64,000 nt of DNA from the human T2T-CHM13v2.0 reference genome, Homo sapiens (GCF_009914755.1 NC_060934.1); one strand, 5' to 3'. Counted from the first letter of the stretch, positions 46,452-61,312 are shown. The notes: generated by a model from the letters alone, not told the origin. Numbers and translations are program-made.

Positions 46452-49110
46452 TTAGAAGTGACAGAGGGCTTGAGACTGTCATGTTCCTAAATAAAGATCA
46501 TAAGCATTCATTATAATGGCTTGCCTCTTTGTCATTTCTTCCTTCTGGGGATATGAAAAGCTTTCAAAATATTGTCATGTTTATTCTCACAGAACCTGGA
46601 CAGAAAATATTACAAAGCTGTTAACAAAACAAAGGAAACAAATAAGTTTGGTATGAGTTATACAATCAACACAACCCCAAACTACAAAACAATCTTCTTT
46701 TCATTTCACATTATTTGCATAAGTCAGAGGGTATATTACAAAATGTTAGAGCAATAAAAAGAAAACAATAAAATGGAGCTGGAGCAAAAGACTATAGATT
46801 ATCAGGAAGAAAAGGTATAACAACCAGTGAAGGAAGGGAGAGAAGGGAGTAGGAGGAAAAGAGAGAAAAGAAAAACAAGAGGAAGAGAGGGGAGAGGAGT
46901 CCCCAGAAAGAAAATTATTCAGCAATCATCAAAAATGATGGAGAACTCTGCTTATCTACAAGGAATGATGTTCAGAATATGCTAAATGGAAACCACAAAT
47001 TTCAAAACAAAACATTCCGTTTTACATAAACACATACGTTTATATGTACAAATAGATGCACTAAAAGATCAAAGAGGTTACATAGCAACTACAAAGCATG
47101 GTAGAATCAGGAATTATTCTATTTTTTTCTCCAAAACTTTATGTACGATTTTATTTCAGGCAAAACAAAAAACATACACAAAACCTTCTCTGAACCCTCT
47201 CCCCGGCTAGCCATCTCTGTCCCTGAATTCTCACTAGAACCAATCCCCTTTTAAGTTAGTTCCCCACCTCACGGTCCTCCAGAAGGTAAGTACCCATCTG
47301 CTATGGAAGTAAGGGCAGGCGACTGAGGCACAGCAGCAGGGGATCAGATCATTAGGAAACTGAGTCAGGGGGCCAGAAGAAGGAGCTCTGCACCCTAGGC
47401 TCTGTACAGAGTTATTCAAGAAGCAGCCCAGTCTCCTTCTCAAGTTTGCTCAACAGACAAGTCAGGACCAGCCAAGGCTTTCTCTTACTACTTCTTCTCC
47501 AACGAAAGGGGAAAACAAAAGATTTTCTGGATGAATAAGCAGAATCAGAAAACACTGATGCTCTGCTTGTCCAAAATAAACACTTATCACAATTTGGTAC
47601 CAGATGAATCTTAATCAGATTTAGAGTGGCTCCTTGTTCTCTAGAGCTTGAAATGCAATCTGCTTTGCGTAACATCAAAGGCCTGATTAGGTCCTCCTGT
47701 GTTTTCAGCTGGCTTCTCCCCTGGTGGATTGTAGACTGGAGAATGGATAACGCCTCCTATTTTGCCTTTGCAGCTCACTGACAGCACTGTCGGTGGCTGA
47801 GGCTAGTCAGAAATGGATGTGATGACAAAAGAGTTGGAGGGAGGCAAATGGCAGTGCCTCCAGCCCAAGACAAGGTGTAATGGTGTGACTGACACACATC
47901 ACCACAGGCAACACCCTTGCCATGAATAATTTACCCAGAAAACTCTGCAGTTTGGAAAGAGCCCTCAGGAGTAACAGGAATAAGAGTTACTAACCAATAA
48001 CTCATAGCATATAATATCACCTTCAAAATACACCAGTAGGTGTATGGGTTCCTCATCAAATCCTTTTCTTAAACCACTAGGCTCTAAGAAGAAATGTGTT
48101 TTATTCATGCTACCAGTTTCTTGGAAATATCTTCTGGAAATAATGGGGAAGAAAATAATCTTTAGCAGGCACCTGGGACCACCATATTTTTACTGAAATG
48201 GAAAAGGTCTGAGACCTTCAACCCTTCAGCTCATTTGTGGCCCCAGGGTCAAAACTAACAAGGTCTCTTACTGGTTGCTGTTTTATAATGCCAAAATGGA
48301 AATACTTGGGATCCTAGTAACATGACTGTGAAGCAGTGCCAGGGAAAGATCTCAGTTTCTGGAACCCATAGAGTCCTAAAATATAACTTTGTAGAATCAC
48401 ACATCACTACAAATGGCTTTTTAAAAAACTGCATTGCAACAGTAATTGTAAACCTCCATTTATATGGCATCTGTTTTCCCTTGGGCATTTGCATAATTTA
48501 CCATGTGGCCCAATTAACATCCTAACCTCCTTGCCTCCAATTCACTATTGAAGGAAGCTGTGAGCCAGAAAGATCCCAAAGCAACCAATTGAAAAGCAAC
48601 ACCAGTCAAAAACTGGTAATTTTGTAACCCCTCAGTTCTTTGTCCAAACTCCCCATTTGAGTTGAGAAGGGGCTTAATTAAATCAGCTGACACATGCATA
48701 TGTGTGTGTATTTGTGTAGACAGAATTATTGAGCTCTTTGCTCAGAAGAGGCTAGTGTAGATTCAGAGCCAATGCTGCTGCTGTCCTGGGAAGAGTCCAG
48801 GCCACTGCTTCCAGACCCTGCTTCCCAGTAGGGAGAAGCTGATGGCAATATTAAACTAAGGTGGAACCTTTGTTCCCTAGGGGCACATTACTTTCTATCC
48901 CCAAGGAAGGGGCAGCTTGCCAGGACTCATCCTGCGATGCAGTATGTTTTAGAGGAAAGGGTCTGGGAGCCGGGAGTTTGGTGTGCCTATACTTTCTGTG
49001 GGGCTCCAGCCAGTTTCCCCACCTCTCTTTTTCATTGTTTGGCCTGTCTTCCTCACAGGACTGTGATAAGAAAAATAAAAGGAGACACTCTCTACAACAT
49101 TGTGTCAATA

Positions 49111-49420
49111 CAGTAGTCACCACTTATCGGCAGGGGATAAGTTCCAAGACTCCCAGTGGACACCTGAAACCACAGAGCGCATCAAACCCTATATATACTA
49201 CGTTTTTTCCTATATATAGAGAGAGCTTTGATAAAGTTTAATTCATAAATTAGGCACAGTAAGAGATTAACAACAACAACTAACAATAAAATAGGACAAT
49301 TATAACAAGATACTGTAATAAAAGTTGTGTAAATATGATCTCTCTGAAACTATTTATTGTACTGCACTGTGGGCACCTGAAACTGCCGAAAGGGAAGCCC
49401 AGGATATGGGGAGACTACTG
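49111..49420. mobile_element. MER44A-like Tigger relic
   Basis: CAGTAGTC...GACTACTG terminal inverted repeats flanked by TA; body matches the recalled MER44 consensus. Confidence 0.8.
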
Positions 49421-52400
49421 TAGTAACAATGCTGTTACTTATGCTTACGCTTCATCCTAAGCAATGACCAAGAATTCATGAATTTGATGTACTAGTTACA
49501 TTTTTTAAAACTAATACACATTAAAACAAATTCCTCTTAAAAGTAACAATATTCACCCATGCATCCTTTGTATAGGGTATTTGGTGAAATCTTAAGATAA
49601 AGCATAGAAACTACTGAACACAGCATCTATGAGACCCATTATTTTTAACAAATATTATTATTAATATAAGAAAGTTGAATATTGTCTTCTCTTACTGAAC
49701 ACCAACCTCATTTGGAAACCCTACAGGGTTAATGTGGAAAATAAGAACCAATATATCCCTCAACATGTTGTCACTACTCTGAGTCCCTATTTATAAAAAC
49801 ATAATAATCATCATATCTAATATTTATGAAGTGACTCACTGTGTCCTCAATCTTATTCTGAGATTTTTTGCATGTATTTAATCTTCATAACAACTACATG
49901 AGGCTGGTAGTAATATGCTCTTCATTTTAAATTCACTAGGAAATGTTGCGTAACTAGGCTATCTCCATTCAGGGAGAGTTTGACCAGTGCTTGACATAGA
50001 GGATGCCACATCTCTGACTTGGAAGCCAGAGTGTTTCTGGCAGCACAGTCACTGAGCAGAAGGGAACATAGAGAAGAAGTTACTATCAGTGTGTGAAGGC
50101 CAAGAGACCACTTCTGCTCAGGCTGTAACCCCAAGCAGAAGCAAATGCTACATTATAGTGGTTAAATGAGTTAGTCAGATTTAAAAATCTATCTTTCTAA
50201 TGTGAATTTAAAGCTATTCCAAACCTAAGTAAATCTCTATCTGCAAAAACTTGAGATGGGGTGCTGAGATGTGTAGATTCGTAAAATTGCACTCTTGGGA
50301 TTGCCCATCATGGTGGGCTCATAAATAGCATTCAGGGACATTCCAAAATGCCAAACTTCAGCCTTTGTTGGTTTCAAATGATAAATAAGCCAAAAGCATG
50401 TCTGTGATTCTAATGAGGTTCAGGCCTTAGCATTCTCAACCAGCCTCTCTCAGGACAGACAGCAGGGAGGATAATAGCATCACCCACACACAGAGGGCCA
50501 GAAAAACAAAGATGAAAAACAACCAAGAAAACATGGATACATGATGGGTTCAGTTTTAGGTATGTCACATTTCAGTTCCTGAGGCACTAAAGGGTTAGCT
50601 ATATGGTTAGGGGAGAGAGAACATGGGTAAACCTGAAGTCATCCCAATAACCAAGGCGAGAAAACAGATGAGCTTCCTTGGGTAGACAGCACTGAGAAAG
50701 GAGATGCAGTATCGTCATGTCAGGTGGGAATGAGGGCAGATGAAAAGGGACTCTGCGTTGGGGAGACTGACTGAGCAGTGAGGAGGTCAGCACTCCAAGC
50801 AGTCTTATGTGCCAGTTTCTATAGATGGCCACTAGACGTGTTAGGGAGCTGGAGGGGTGGGAAATTTGTCACCCTGAAAACAGGGCTGGGCTTCATGACA
50901 GTCACCCTGCAAACCCAAGAGGCAGTTTGCCATAATGGATAAAAACACGAGCCACAGGCTCAGGAAGACCCAGATTCTCGTCCCAGTTTTGTCACTGGTG
51001 TGACCTGGGATGCATTATTTAATGTCTCTCAATCTCATTGAATTTGAGCAATAACCAAGGGAAATGTCCAATGGACAGCTTCTGATCTCTGAGAACATCT
51101 TTTACTCTCCCTATGTCACCAAAATGGAGCCAACTGCTCAGATAACAACAAGGCTGAACAATGTCCTGCCCAGGTCCAGGGTTCTCCCTGAGCTGTGGAG
51201 CTAGGGAAAGAGAAATTATCCATCATAGTGTGGAATATTCAGAAGTGCCCTCTAGGGATACAGAGAAAGCTGGGTGCTGGATGCTTATCATTTTTCAGCC
51301 TACTTGACTCTCCAGGTCTTCTAGTCGATTCTTGAATAGTTGATCACCTTAGTGGTACAGCTGATAAAAATCTGCTATTAAGATGACAAAAGCTATTTTC
51401 AAATGGGAGTTTTCATTTATGAGCAGAAGCACTATGGGGAGAATATTTGGGGAACATTGAACATACAAAGCAAACAGAAAGACCACTGAAGGAAATTCCA
51501 ACCTTCGATGTGGGCGGTACCTTTACTAGTCTCATCCCAAGTCAATTAGAAAGTATAGTCAAGAATGATTCATCTCAAGTGGCATGAGTTAGGCTGAATT
51601 AGCCAATTCACTCAGGGAAGTTGGACCAGCAGCTCCAGATAGAGCCAGAGGAACGTATGATTCTCAAGGAACTCGAAGAGACAGGACAGGTTGTCTACCA
51701 AGCCCTGGGCCTGGGAGGCATCAAGAGCAGTGTCAGACACCAAGCTTCTGGGCATGCCATCTGGTCACTTCCAGGCACTCTTTCTATGCATGAAAAGCTA
51801 ATACTAAAAGAACCCAAAGAAAGGTATTTTTAAAGTGACTAAAATATATAGGAAACCTGTGTGCAGGGGAAAAGTGGTAATTGACAACTCTCTGTATGTT
51901 CAGTTTTTTTGTAAACCTAAAACTGTTCTGAAAAATAAAGTCTATTAATATTTTTTGTAATGACTATAGGCTACTGGTTAAAAGCCCGGGCTCTGGAGTC
52001 AGAGGCTTGGGCTTTGTCTGTGATACCACTTATTGGCAGTTGTTATATCCTTGGCCAGGCAAGTCTCTTCAAATTCAGAATTCTCATTTGTAATCAGTTT
52101 AAGACAAATACAATCAGGTATAACAACACAGTACTTGGTCTAATGTAAAAAGTAAATTAAAAAAATTAAATAACTACCTGGCAGTTTGGGCTGTAGGACT
52201 GATATTTCCTTCCTATAAAGCAGTTGGAGAAGTGGCCTCAGAGAATTACAGTCATCTATACATTTTGAAATCTTTCCTTAGAAAACAAGGGGTTAATGCA
52301 AAGCTCCTTTCTTCATAGATTATGAAGATGGTTACAAAATCACATAAAAATTATTAATAGTAGATAACTTTTCTGGCCAAGTTATGTCATAGGTTTAGCA

Positions 52401-53049
52401 CAGTACAGATTTTATTGTTACAAATGTAATTCCAAATTTAATAGGTAGTATTTATTCAGCCATCAGCTCTATAGATTATTGCTGTTATAAATACCTTTTG
52501 CTTAGGAGAATAAGTGTAATGTCAATCATATGCAAGATTCTAGAGGGGACCTAGGGAATGAACAATATGAAATGTCATTTCCAATCCCTGGAAGTAGTTA
52601 GAAATTATGATAGAATACATATTCAAAGACAAATGTAAGCATTATCAACTGGAGGAAAGGAGATATGAGTTCTGAGTACAGAAAGAATTCCCAGCTTTTA
52701 ACATAATGACAGCTGACATTTATGGAGCATTTACCACAGGAGATGAGCTAAGACCTTCATATATATGTTATAGCATGCCATTCTAACAACAATCCTAGGA
52801 ATTAGATAGTATGCTTTTTCCCATTTTAAACAAAAGGAAACTGAGGAGGATGAGAGAGTAAATAACCTGTCCCAAATCACCCAAGTAGCATGTAAAGTTC
52901 TGCAAGGAACTATCTTTCTGAGCTAGGCAGAACCTTTTGCAAAGGGCAGAGTTGAATTAATATTTTAAGAAAATAATTCAGTTCCAATCCTTTTAAGTGC
53001 ATCCTGGATTAATCTTGTTTTACATTTCAGAAATGACATGGAAGAAGAA

Positions 53050-54120
53050 ATTTTTAAACAACCATTGATATGAAAATATATCTGGGTTTTCAAGAAGTCT
53101 ATGCAAGATTTTCACGCCAAAGATTGTTTTAAAACAAAACTGAATGATGATTGGGCCATGTTTTGCAATGGATGCAAAGTTCACTTAACAATATGCAGCT
53201 AAGGGAAGAGATTAATGTCTGTCTTTATGATGGACATGTCAGTACCAATACTTGCAAATGGGTCCTGAATTAATCTTATTCTGCATTTCAGAAATGGCAT
53301 GGAAAAGGAAGTGCAGAATGATAAATCTGAATTTGCAGATGATGTTAACATTTTTCAGAGTGAAATGCTAAGCAACCACAGAACAAGCTCATAAACCATG
53401 AAGCAGAGGTTCAATAGTGGCAGATGACTTGCACTGCAGGCCAGTAATGATGCCATTAAAGAAAACAAAGCCAGCTACTCCTAACAAATAACAAGCACTA
53501 AGCTATTAGTTTAATCAGGTGTGGGATTTGGGGAGCTCTGATAGAATATACTGATATGACAAAAAAGCCAAGAAAATAATGTGCATCTCTAGGAAGGGTT
53601 TGGAAAACAATCCCACAGGCATAATTATTTCATATTTATTTTATAAAATGCCCTTGTTCCCATTTTCACATATTAATTCATTTTTTTAAATTGAGATCAT
53701 TGTAGATTCACATGCTGCTGTAAGAAATAATAGAGATCCCTTGTATACTTTGCCCAGTTTCTTCCAGTGGTGACATTCTGTAAAACTATAGTACCTCTGC
53801 TGATATTTACAAATAAAATTGTAGTATTTGACTCCATGTGAAATACGCTATGCAGTTCAGGTAAATATACATCAAAAGAGGCACAGGGACCTAGAGATGG
53901 ATTCGATCAGAGGAGGCAAAATTACAGAAACAGAGGGGCTGTAGCAAATAAATCAACCACAAATCTAGATCTCTTCAGTCTGACAAGACAAAGTCAGGGA
54001 TGGATTTTAAAATGACTTACAAAATACGTTAATTATATAGAGAGTATATAGACCAGCTATATATTTCATTCCAAATTCTAGAATATTAGAACTTTGGGGA
54101 CTTACCATTTAAGCTGGATG
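53050..54120 (+). mobile_element. Ancient CR1/L3 LINE RT remnant, interrupted by a short L1M piece (about 53680-53795)
   Basis: Residual peptides IYLGFQEV (53076; cf. YLDFxKAF), EFADDVNI (53329; cf. KFADDTKL) and KYAMQF (about 53841; cf. EYCVQFW), in colinear order. Confidence 0.6.
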
Positions 54121-54240
54121 GTAAATAGCATACTGATGAAGAGTTTAGGCTATGGAGTCAGAGTGGGGAAAGCCCCACTAACACTTCCCCACTTTCCACC
54201 CAGCCACCCTCTACTCAGCAGCTTTGGGCCCTTCAGCCAG

Positions 54241-54583
54241 TGTATTAGTTCGTTTTCATGTTGCTGATAAAGACATACCCAAGACTGGGCAATTCGTAAA
54301 AGAAAGAGGTTTATTGGACTCACAGCTCCACGTGGCTGTGGAAGCCTAACATTCATGGCAGAAGGGAAAGGCTTGTCTCACATGGTGGCAGACAAGAGAA
54401 GAGAGCTTGTGCAGGGAAACTCCCCTTTTGAAAACCATCAGACCTCATGTGACTTATTCACTATCACGAGAGCAGCATGGGAAAGACCTGCCCCCATGAT
54501 TCAATTACCTCCCACCAGGTCCCTCCCACAACACATGGGAATTCAAGATGAGATCTGGGTGGGGACAAAGCCAAACCATATCA
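54241..54583 (-). mobile_element. THE1 (MaLR) solo LTR
   Basis: TGTATTAG...CCAAACCATATCA; homologous to 15451-15822. Confidence 0.9.
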
Positions 54584-54769
54584 CCAGTTACATCTCCAAG
54601 TTTATTTCCTCATCTTTCATCTGGGGGTGATAATGAAAACTATATCATAGAGTTCTTGTGCAGAATAAGAAAATCCATCCACTAATGCCCAATCCATTCA
54701 CTAATGCCTGATGCAAATAAAGAGGTCATTGTTAGCTAATGTTGATGTTATTCACTTAAGAGCTTTTAC

Positions 54770-55005
54770 AGCAAAGGTTTCTGAACCTCAGCACTATTGA
54801 CCATTCAGCACTATTGAACCAGATAATTCTTTGATGAGGGAGAAGGGTGGTCCTGTTTATTTCAGGATGTTTAACAGAATTCCTGGCTTCTACTCACCAG
54901 ATGCCAGGAATGTCCACCCCCTCATTGTAACCAGTTGTGTCTCTAGATACTGCCAAATGTCCTCGAGGGCGGCAAAAAATAGACCCCAATTGAAAACCTC
55001 TATTT
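54770..55005 (+). mobile_element. MER20-like hAT relic
   Basis: aacctcagcactattgac...cagataattcttt...cctggcttctactcaccagatgccag...ttgaaaacctct. Confidence 0.7.
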
Positions 55006-55136
55006 TAAAGGAACCAACTTAAGACAAATAAATGAAGTACTACTTTCCATAATAGTAGCCATTTTTCAGTTAAAGCATTAGATGGTACATCCTGAATATA
55101 TATAAAGGCTCTAGAAGGCTTTAGAAGTCTCGATGT

Positions 55137-55140
<4 letters not shown>

Positions 55141-55172
<32 letters not shown>
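55141..55172 (+). repeat. (CA)n microsatellite
   Basis: Read directly. Confidence 0.9.
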
Positions 55173-55173
<1 letters not shown>

Positions 55174-55912
55174 CATAATGAATTAAGTTTCTAAAAGATA
55201 TTTGGAAATTCTGTGCACTTCTGAGGTTGAATGAAGATCTCTTCTTACTGACTTTCAAAGACTATCTGGGGTTGCCCCCACATAGGCTGAAATATCAAGT
55301 TTTATGGATAACCAGATGCTCCTAGTAGGATACCTGAAATGCTTTCCTATTCTAGAAATCTATTTCTAAATCGCACCTGCAGCAGGAACATATTTCATGT
55401 CACCCCTGGAGTGGCACCGTGTTCTATAAAGTATTACTGAACCTTCTTGCACTTCAGAATCATCAAGGGAGTTTTTCAAATGTAGGGATTCTTAGGCCTC
55501 ATCTTTATATTTTAATTTTTAATTTTAAGGTAGGGATCTCAGACAGCTGTAAATTTGATAAGCATTTCCAATTAATTGAAAACTTCTGGTCAAGTGGACA
55601 GTGTCTGGAAATATGAGCGAAAAGGTCAGGTTCTGGTTGACTCTGACCTATGTCAACTTCAACTTTGGAAGAGACCTATAGATTATGCAGAATTCTGCAT
55701 GAGAATAATTGTAGACTCTAAATAGACATACTACATTAGTGTCTTACCCAAATTGAAAGTTCAATTTGAAGATCAAGATTTTAGAAAAATATAATAAAGT
55801 ACTGCTATGGAATTATTATTTTTAGTAATAGGTGTGCAGTTATTCTGGTGACAGTTTTTGCTAAAACTCCAAACCATCAATCATCCTTGGTCAGACAGAA
55901 CAAAGGCTACTA

Positions 55913-55923
55913 TGCTGAGTCAT
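55913..55923 (-). promoter_or_regulatory. Candidate NRF2/NF-E2/BACH antioxidant response element
   Basis: ATGACTCAGCA on the minus strand, an exact consensus match. Confidence 0.4.
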
Positions 55924-56109
55924 GTGGAACATGAACAGTCCTTCTCCACACTCTAAAATCATAAGCAGTGGAAAAGACAATCCTCATTCCATTTTCCGTT
56001 CAATCACATCAGAATAGGTGCTTACTAATTCCATGCTGGAAATATTTGCTTCAGCTGTAAGAAGATATTGATAGAGTTAGAGGTATTTTGAGCCTATTAT
56101 GTGGGTTTC

Positions 56110-56433
56110 TGCCTTAGTCAGTTCTGGCTGCTATAACAAATTACCATAGACTGAGTGGCTTATTAACAACAGAAATTTATCTCTCACAGTTCTGGAGGCT
56201 AGAAGTTCAAGATCAGGTGCCAGCCTGGTCAACTTCTGATAAGGGCTCTCTTCCAGCTTGCAGAGGGCTGACTTCTTACAGCCTCACATGGAGGGAAGAG
56301 GGCAAGCTAGCTTTCTGTACTCTTATAAGGGCACTAATCCCATGGCTTAATCACCTTCCCAAGGTCCCACCTCCAAACTTCAACATATATTTTAATAAGT
56401 TGTTGGGGAAACACAAAGACTCAGTCTATAACA
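56110..56433 (-). mobile_element. MLT1-type MaLR LTR
   Basis: gctgctataacaaattaccatagactgagtggctta...ctcacagttctggaggctagaagttcaagatcag. Confidence 0.75.
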
Positions 56434-56470
56434 GCTTCTGTCTCACAGGTTGTGGTTTGCAACCTACAAG

Positions 56471-56582
56471 TAGGGTGACCAACTGTCCTGGAATATCTGG
56501 GAGTGAAGATTTCCTAGCATGTGGGATATTTAGTGCTAAAAATAGGACAATCCTGTGCAAACCAATCCAGTTGGTTACCCTT
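56471..56582 (+). mobile_element. MER81-like hAT MITE (second copy)
   Basis: TAGGGTGACCAAC...GTTGGTTACCCT; homologous to 36146-36258. Confidence 0.75.
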
Positions 56583-59500
56583 TGTATGGCCCCAAGCTGC
56601 CTTGCAGCCAATTTCCTCTCCATCAATTTTTCCCTAAGGGCCCTCTATTCCTCAAATCTGCCTATATCCCCATCCCACTCACTCCCAACCCTTGGACTTT
56701 CTCCTCCTGAAATAAGTAAGCAGATGGAGCCAACTGGCCACAGACCCTGAGTTACAAGTCCCATGTGATCTGTGAGCCTCTTCCCGTTGGCAAAATTGAG
56801 GTACAGCAGAGTCAGACAGAACTTGACATTATCTCCCAATTCAAGACACTGTCCACTTGAATAGTGTGGTTCTATTATTCAGGAGGGTTTATGAAACACA
56901 CAGATTCCAGGACTTTCATCCTAGACTGTCTAGAGAGGATGCCAGAGAATCTCCACATTGGAAAAGCTTCCTGGTAATTATGATCTGTAAGAAGGTTCTG
57001 GAACAGTATCTAGAATACAGTGTCCCCAGGGGTACCATGAAATGCGTTCTTGCTGCATATGCAGTTTACAACTGGTTGTCTAGGACAGGGGAGCATGTCA
57101 AGTCTCTTACTAGGTGGAACTGATCTTGGCAACCCATAAACCCAAGTTAAAGCCAATCAAGTCTATAGTGAATTTGAAACCCACTAGGTCACATGAATTT
57201 ATCCTTTGAATGTTTGCTATTTATGGTTAAGTGACAGCATATTATATCCAGGTATTCTTATGAAAATCACTTGTTCATATCACATATTCAAATCCGTGTT
57301 CAAAATCACGGATTTTGTCCATGTTATTGACATCAAAAATTACTAATTGAATTTTTATAACAATTATGATTTGAATATTTGTATACATGTAAGGCTCAGA
57401 GATAATGCTAGATGTTAAGAAAGAGAAAACTGTTTATAAGTTACTATAATCTTTTATGGACTATGGCCATCTGTGTTCATCTTACACAACCATCCTCTCA
57501 CCAGGACTAACATGAAAAAACTTAAAGTTTTAAGGTGTCCAAAGATCATTCTAGAAATCCATCCCTGAGTTAAGAACCATGGATCTGAGCATAAATTTCT
57601 TCCCTGAGTGACTCATTGATTAGAAAAATGCATGGTCTTCCTGTAAGAGTGCATCTAAGAACCCAGTGAGACCAAACCATCCCATAATTTAAGTCACAAA
57701 GGCACCTTACAACTGCCTGTCACTTTGGCAATATCCCTGCCAAATGAAGAGACTCCTTAGGTCCCTGGAAACATCAGTTTTCTAGATGTCTCTACAATCT
57801 AGTTTTCTAGACTCTCTTGGGAGATCTGAGACATTTCAGATTCATCTACATTTTGGAAAATCCAGCATGCAACCCACAAGCCTCCTCTCTAAAGAGACTT
57901 CTGCACATCTCTGCCATTTGATATTTAACATGGAATGCATTGCTAGTTCCTCCGTGTGAGCAATCCCTACATAAACCCTGTATTTATTTTCATTTTATAA
58001 CAAGTGATAATAAGCTTGTACAAAATCTTGCCCATGCCGAATTAGAAAATCCAAAACTATTCTTAATTGTTGGGAAGACACATAAAAGTCATGATGAAAA
58101 GAAGAAAAAATATATCCACATCCAACATGCAACAAATATTTTACTGAACACTTTGTCAGAAACTTGTATAGTTAATCCAAATCATCAAATAACTCAACAG
58201 TTAACTTGTACTTGGCTTGAGACTTCTTTATGTGTTTTGTATTAAATATGTTGTCTGTTTGCAGGGAGTGGAATCTGGTGTTGAGGGAAGAAAAGGGATG
58301 TTGTCTAAATAATCTGACTGAAATTGCTAATTGGCTTGACGTTGGCTCCTGTTCAATTTTATTTGCCACTCATCCAAACATAATGGCCAACAGAGCAGGA
58401 GAGCTCACTGGGCAACAAAGACAGCCAACTGGCCACCTGCATCCATAGGGAAACAATGTACCACTCACCAGCAATGCTATACTAGGCTTCAGTGTCTTAT
58501 GAAGAATGGTAGTACTTCACAGGTCAGTTTAAGTATTTAATATAATACACAAAAAGTGCTTAGAACAGTGCCAGGATCATAGAATGTTTTAAATAATGAT
58601 AGTAGCTACTACTAGTAGCTATTATATGCCACCATTATTAGTACACATTCCAGCACTGGAGAGTACTGATTTACCTGCTTAGACTATGTGGGTCTGTTTT
58701 CTTTCTTTTTTCTTTAAAATTTGTTTAAATTGTTCATTTATTTTTACTTTTAATTTGGGCATATAGTAGGTGTATATATTTATGGGGTCTGCTTTCAACA
58801 GGAGTATCTAAAATGTACAATTGCTAATGGTACTGAAACAGATTACCTGTGTAAATCTTTGCCTTCAACTCCTAGAGATTAAGGACCTTTCATGAAGAAT
58901 GCTCCCTAAGCCTATTTCTACCATTTATCTGGAAACCAGTCTGCAAACTTGTGACCTCTTTGTTATGTTAGAAAACATAAGCTGTGCTCTCACTTATATA
59001 AATCAGTGTTTCTTTCCTCTCCAAATATTCCTGGGAACATTAATTTGCCTGCTGTTGGCTAGCCAATCTACCATCCCTGGAATTAAAGCCAGAGACTAAC
59101 AGAAAATTGAGACTCAATTTGGGACTTTTTGACAAGGAAATTAATGAAAAAAAAAAATGGAAACCAAACAAGACAATACAGGATCAGAATGAGCTGTCAG
59201 TGGACCACTCACCCCCACTTTCCCTGCATGCATGGATCATCTTACAAGCAGTTAACAGGAAAGGAAGTAGCAGTATGGAAACTTCCCCATCCTCAACACA
59301 TCAAAAAGAAGAATTTCAAGACAGCACAGGTTATCTAGGTCCAGTAATATAAAATAAGCATAGCACTCATTTGTCCCAGGAGACCAAATGGGAAAATGAA
59401 GACTAGATGTTGTGATGGGTACTTTCACCTTACACAAATGACACCCATTTGTGTAAGTGTGACTCTTGGCCGCATCTAGACAGGTCTATGTTATAGCAAA

Positions 59501-59632
59501 TCCCAATCCTTCCTGCTCCCCCTCAGCAACTCCTGGGCAACTCAGAAGCACCTCTTGGGCTTTCATGTTGCCCCAGGCACTGTTTTCCCTCAGGGGCTCA
59601 GGCTGAGTGTGAACCAGCAAGAGACTGAACTA

Positions 59633-59986
<354 letters not shown>

Positions 59987-60345
59987 TCATTCCACATGCA
60001 GGCTCAGTTTCTGCCTCATTTAAATCCTAACGTATATGGATTATCTGTGACACATGGGACTGGTGATTTCATCAGCAAGAGACGCTGCATCTGGAGAACC
60101 AATCTGAGAAGATATCTGCTTCCCGGGTGCTTGAGGCTTTACGCTTTGAGTGTTTCATTCATTGTGCTGACATCAGGAAGCAGAAGACATTAGGTCCCTC
60201 CCTGGCTACCGTTCATAAAAGCCATCATCCCTCCAAAGCAAAGACTGCAGCAAACTGCAGTGCACAAAGAGTTACTGCTGCAGAGGCTGCCTGGCATCTG
60301 GGAGGGGCTTTGAGGCTCCCTAGTCCACATTGGTATGCTGGGGTA

Positions 60346-60368
60346 TGTGTGTGTGTGTGTGTGTGTGT
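60346..60368 (+). repeat. (TG)11 microsatellite
   Basis: Read directly. Confidence 0.9.
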
Positions 60369-60774
60369 CTTCTAAAGTTACTTCTCTTACATGAGAACAG
60401 GGTGAAAGAAAAGGGTGGAGGGAGATGACCTTGGTCATTTAGCATAACCTAGCCACTGAGGAAGAAGCAATTTATCTTTCATAGCCCTCAGCATAACCTC
60501 CCACCCACTCTCTTCATTTCTCATTTAAAATTTCTCCCATGATTCTTAATAAGAACAAAGTCATACAGATTGACGCATGCATCCTGCCACGATGCAGATG
60601 CCAGCAAATTAATTCCTCCGACCAGGTGAAAGTGAGTCAGCCTGAGTCCCTGGCCAGGCTCTCTCCCTCTCCACGAGAAGGTTCTGCAGGTCTCAGCTGC
60701 TCTTCTGTCCTCCCAGCTCCAGCAGGGGTGGGCACCGGGAGCAGAGCCACTGGTCCTTTCCCTGCTAGGACCCT

Positions 60775-61312
60775 CCAACACACACAGGCACACACACACC
60801 TACTCACACCCTACCCTCTGCATATCCTTTCCCCCACACAGTGTCACTCCCACTCCACAGCCCCACCCCTGCCACATACACACCCTCACCCCCTACTCCA
60901 CACACACACACGTATGTACACCCTCAGCCCCTAGTGATCACCTCCATCCTACATGCACTCTCATACCTACCCTCACCTCCTACTCCACACAGACGCTCAT
61001 ACCAAACCCCCATACTCTCATCCCTACTCCCCACACCTAAAAACACCCCACCTTCCACACACACACACCCTTACCCCACACATACCTCATACCCTCACAT
61101 CCAGCCCCCGAAACCTCCCAGCCTACTCCACACATACCCATGCACACCCACCTCACACACACCCACATCCAATTCCCATGCCTTCACATACTGTCCACAC
61201 ACACACACCTGCTCCATACACACCTTCACACCTCTCCTCACATAGACATCTATCCAACATCTCTCACACCCCAACTCCTCCCTTCCATGCAAGATCGAGT
61301 CCCACACACACC
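60775..61312 (+). repeat. C/A-rich low-complexity tract (degenerate CACAC/CCCAC)
   Basis: About 540 nt strongly depleted of G on +; source of several spurious His/Thr/Pro ORFs. Confidence 0.9.

Noticed and set aside
56217-56750. 177-aa ORF, the longest in the track
   Set aside because: Runs across an MLT1 LTR and a MER81 element; GTG start; no domain-like content.
57290-57315. 9-bp stem hairpin AAATCCGTG-n8-CACGGATTT
   Set aside because: Too short for a pre-miRNA or other ncRNA; expected by chance in 64 kb.
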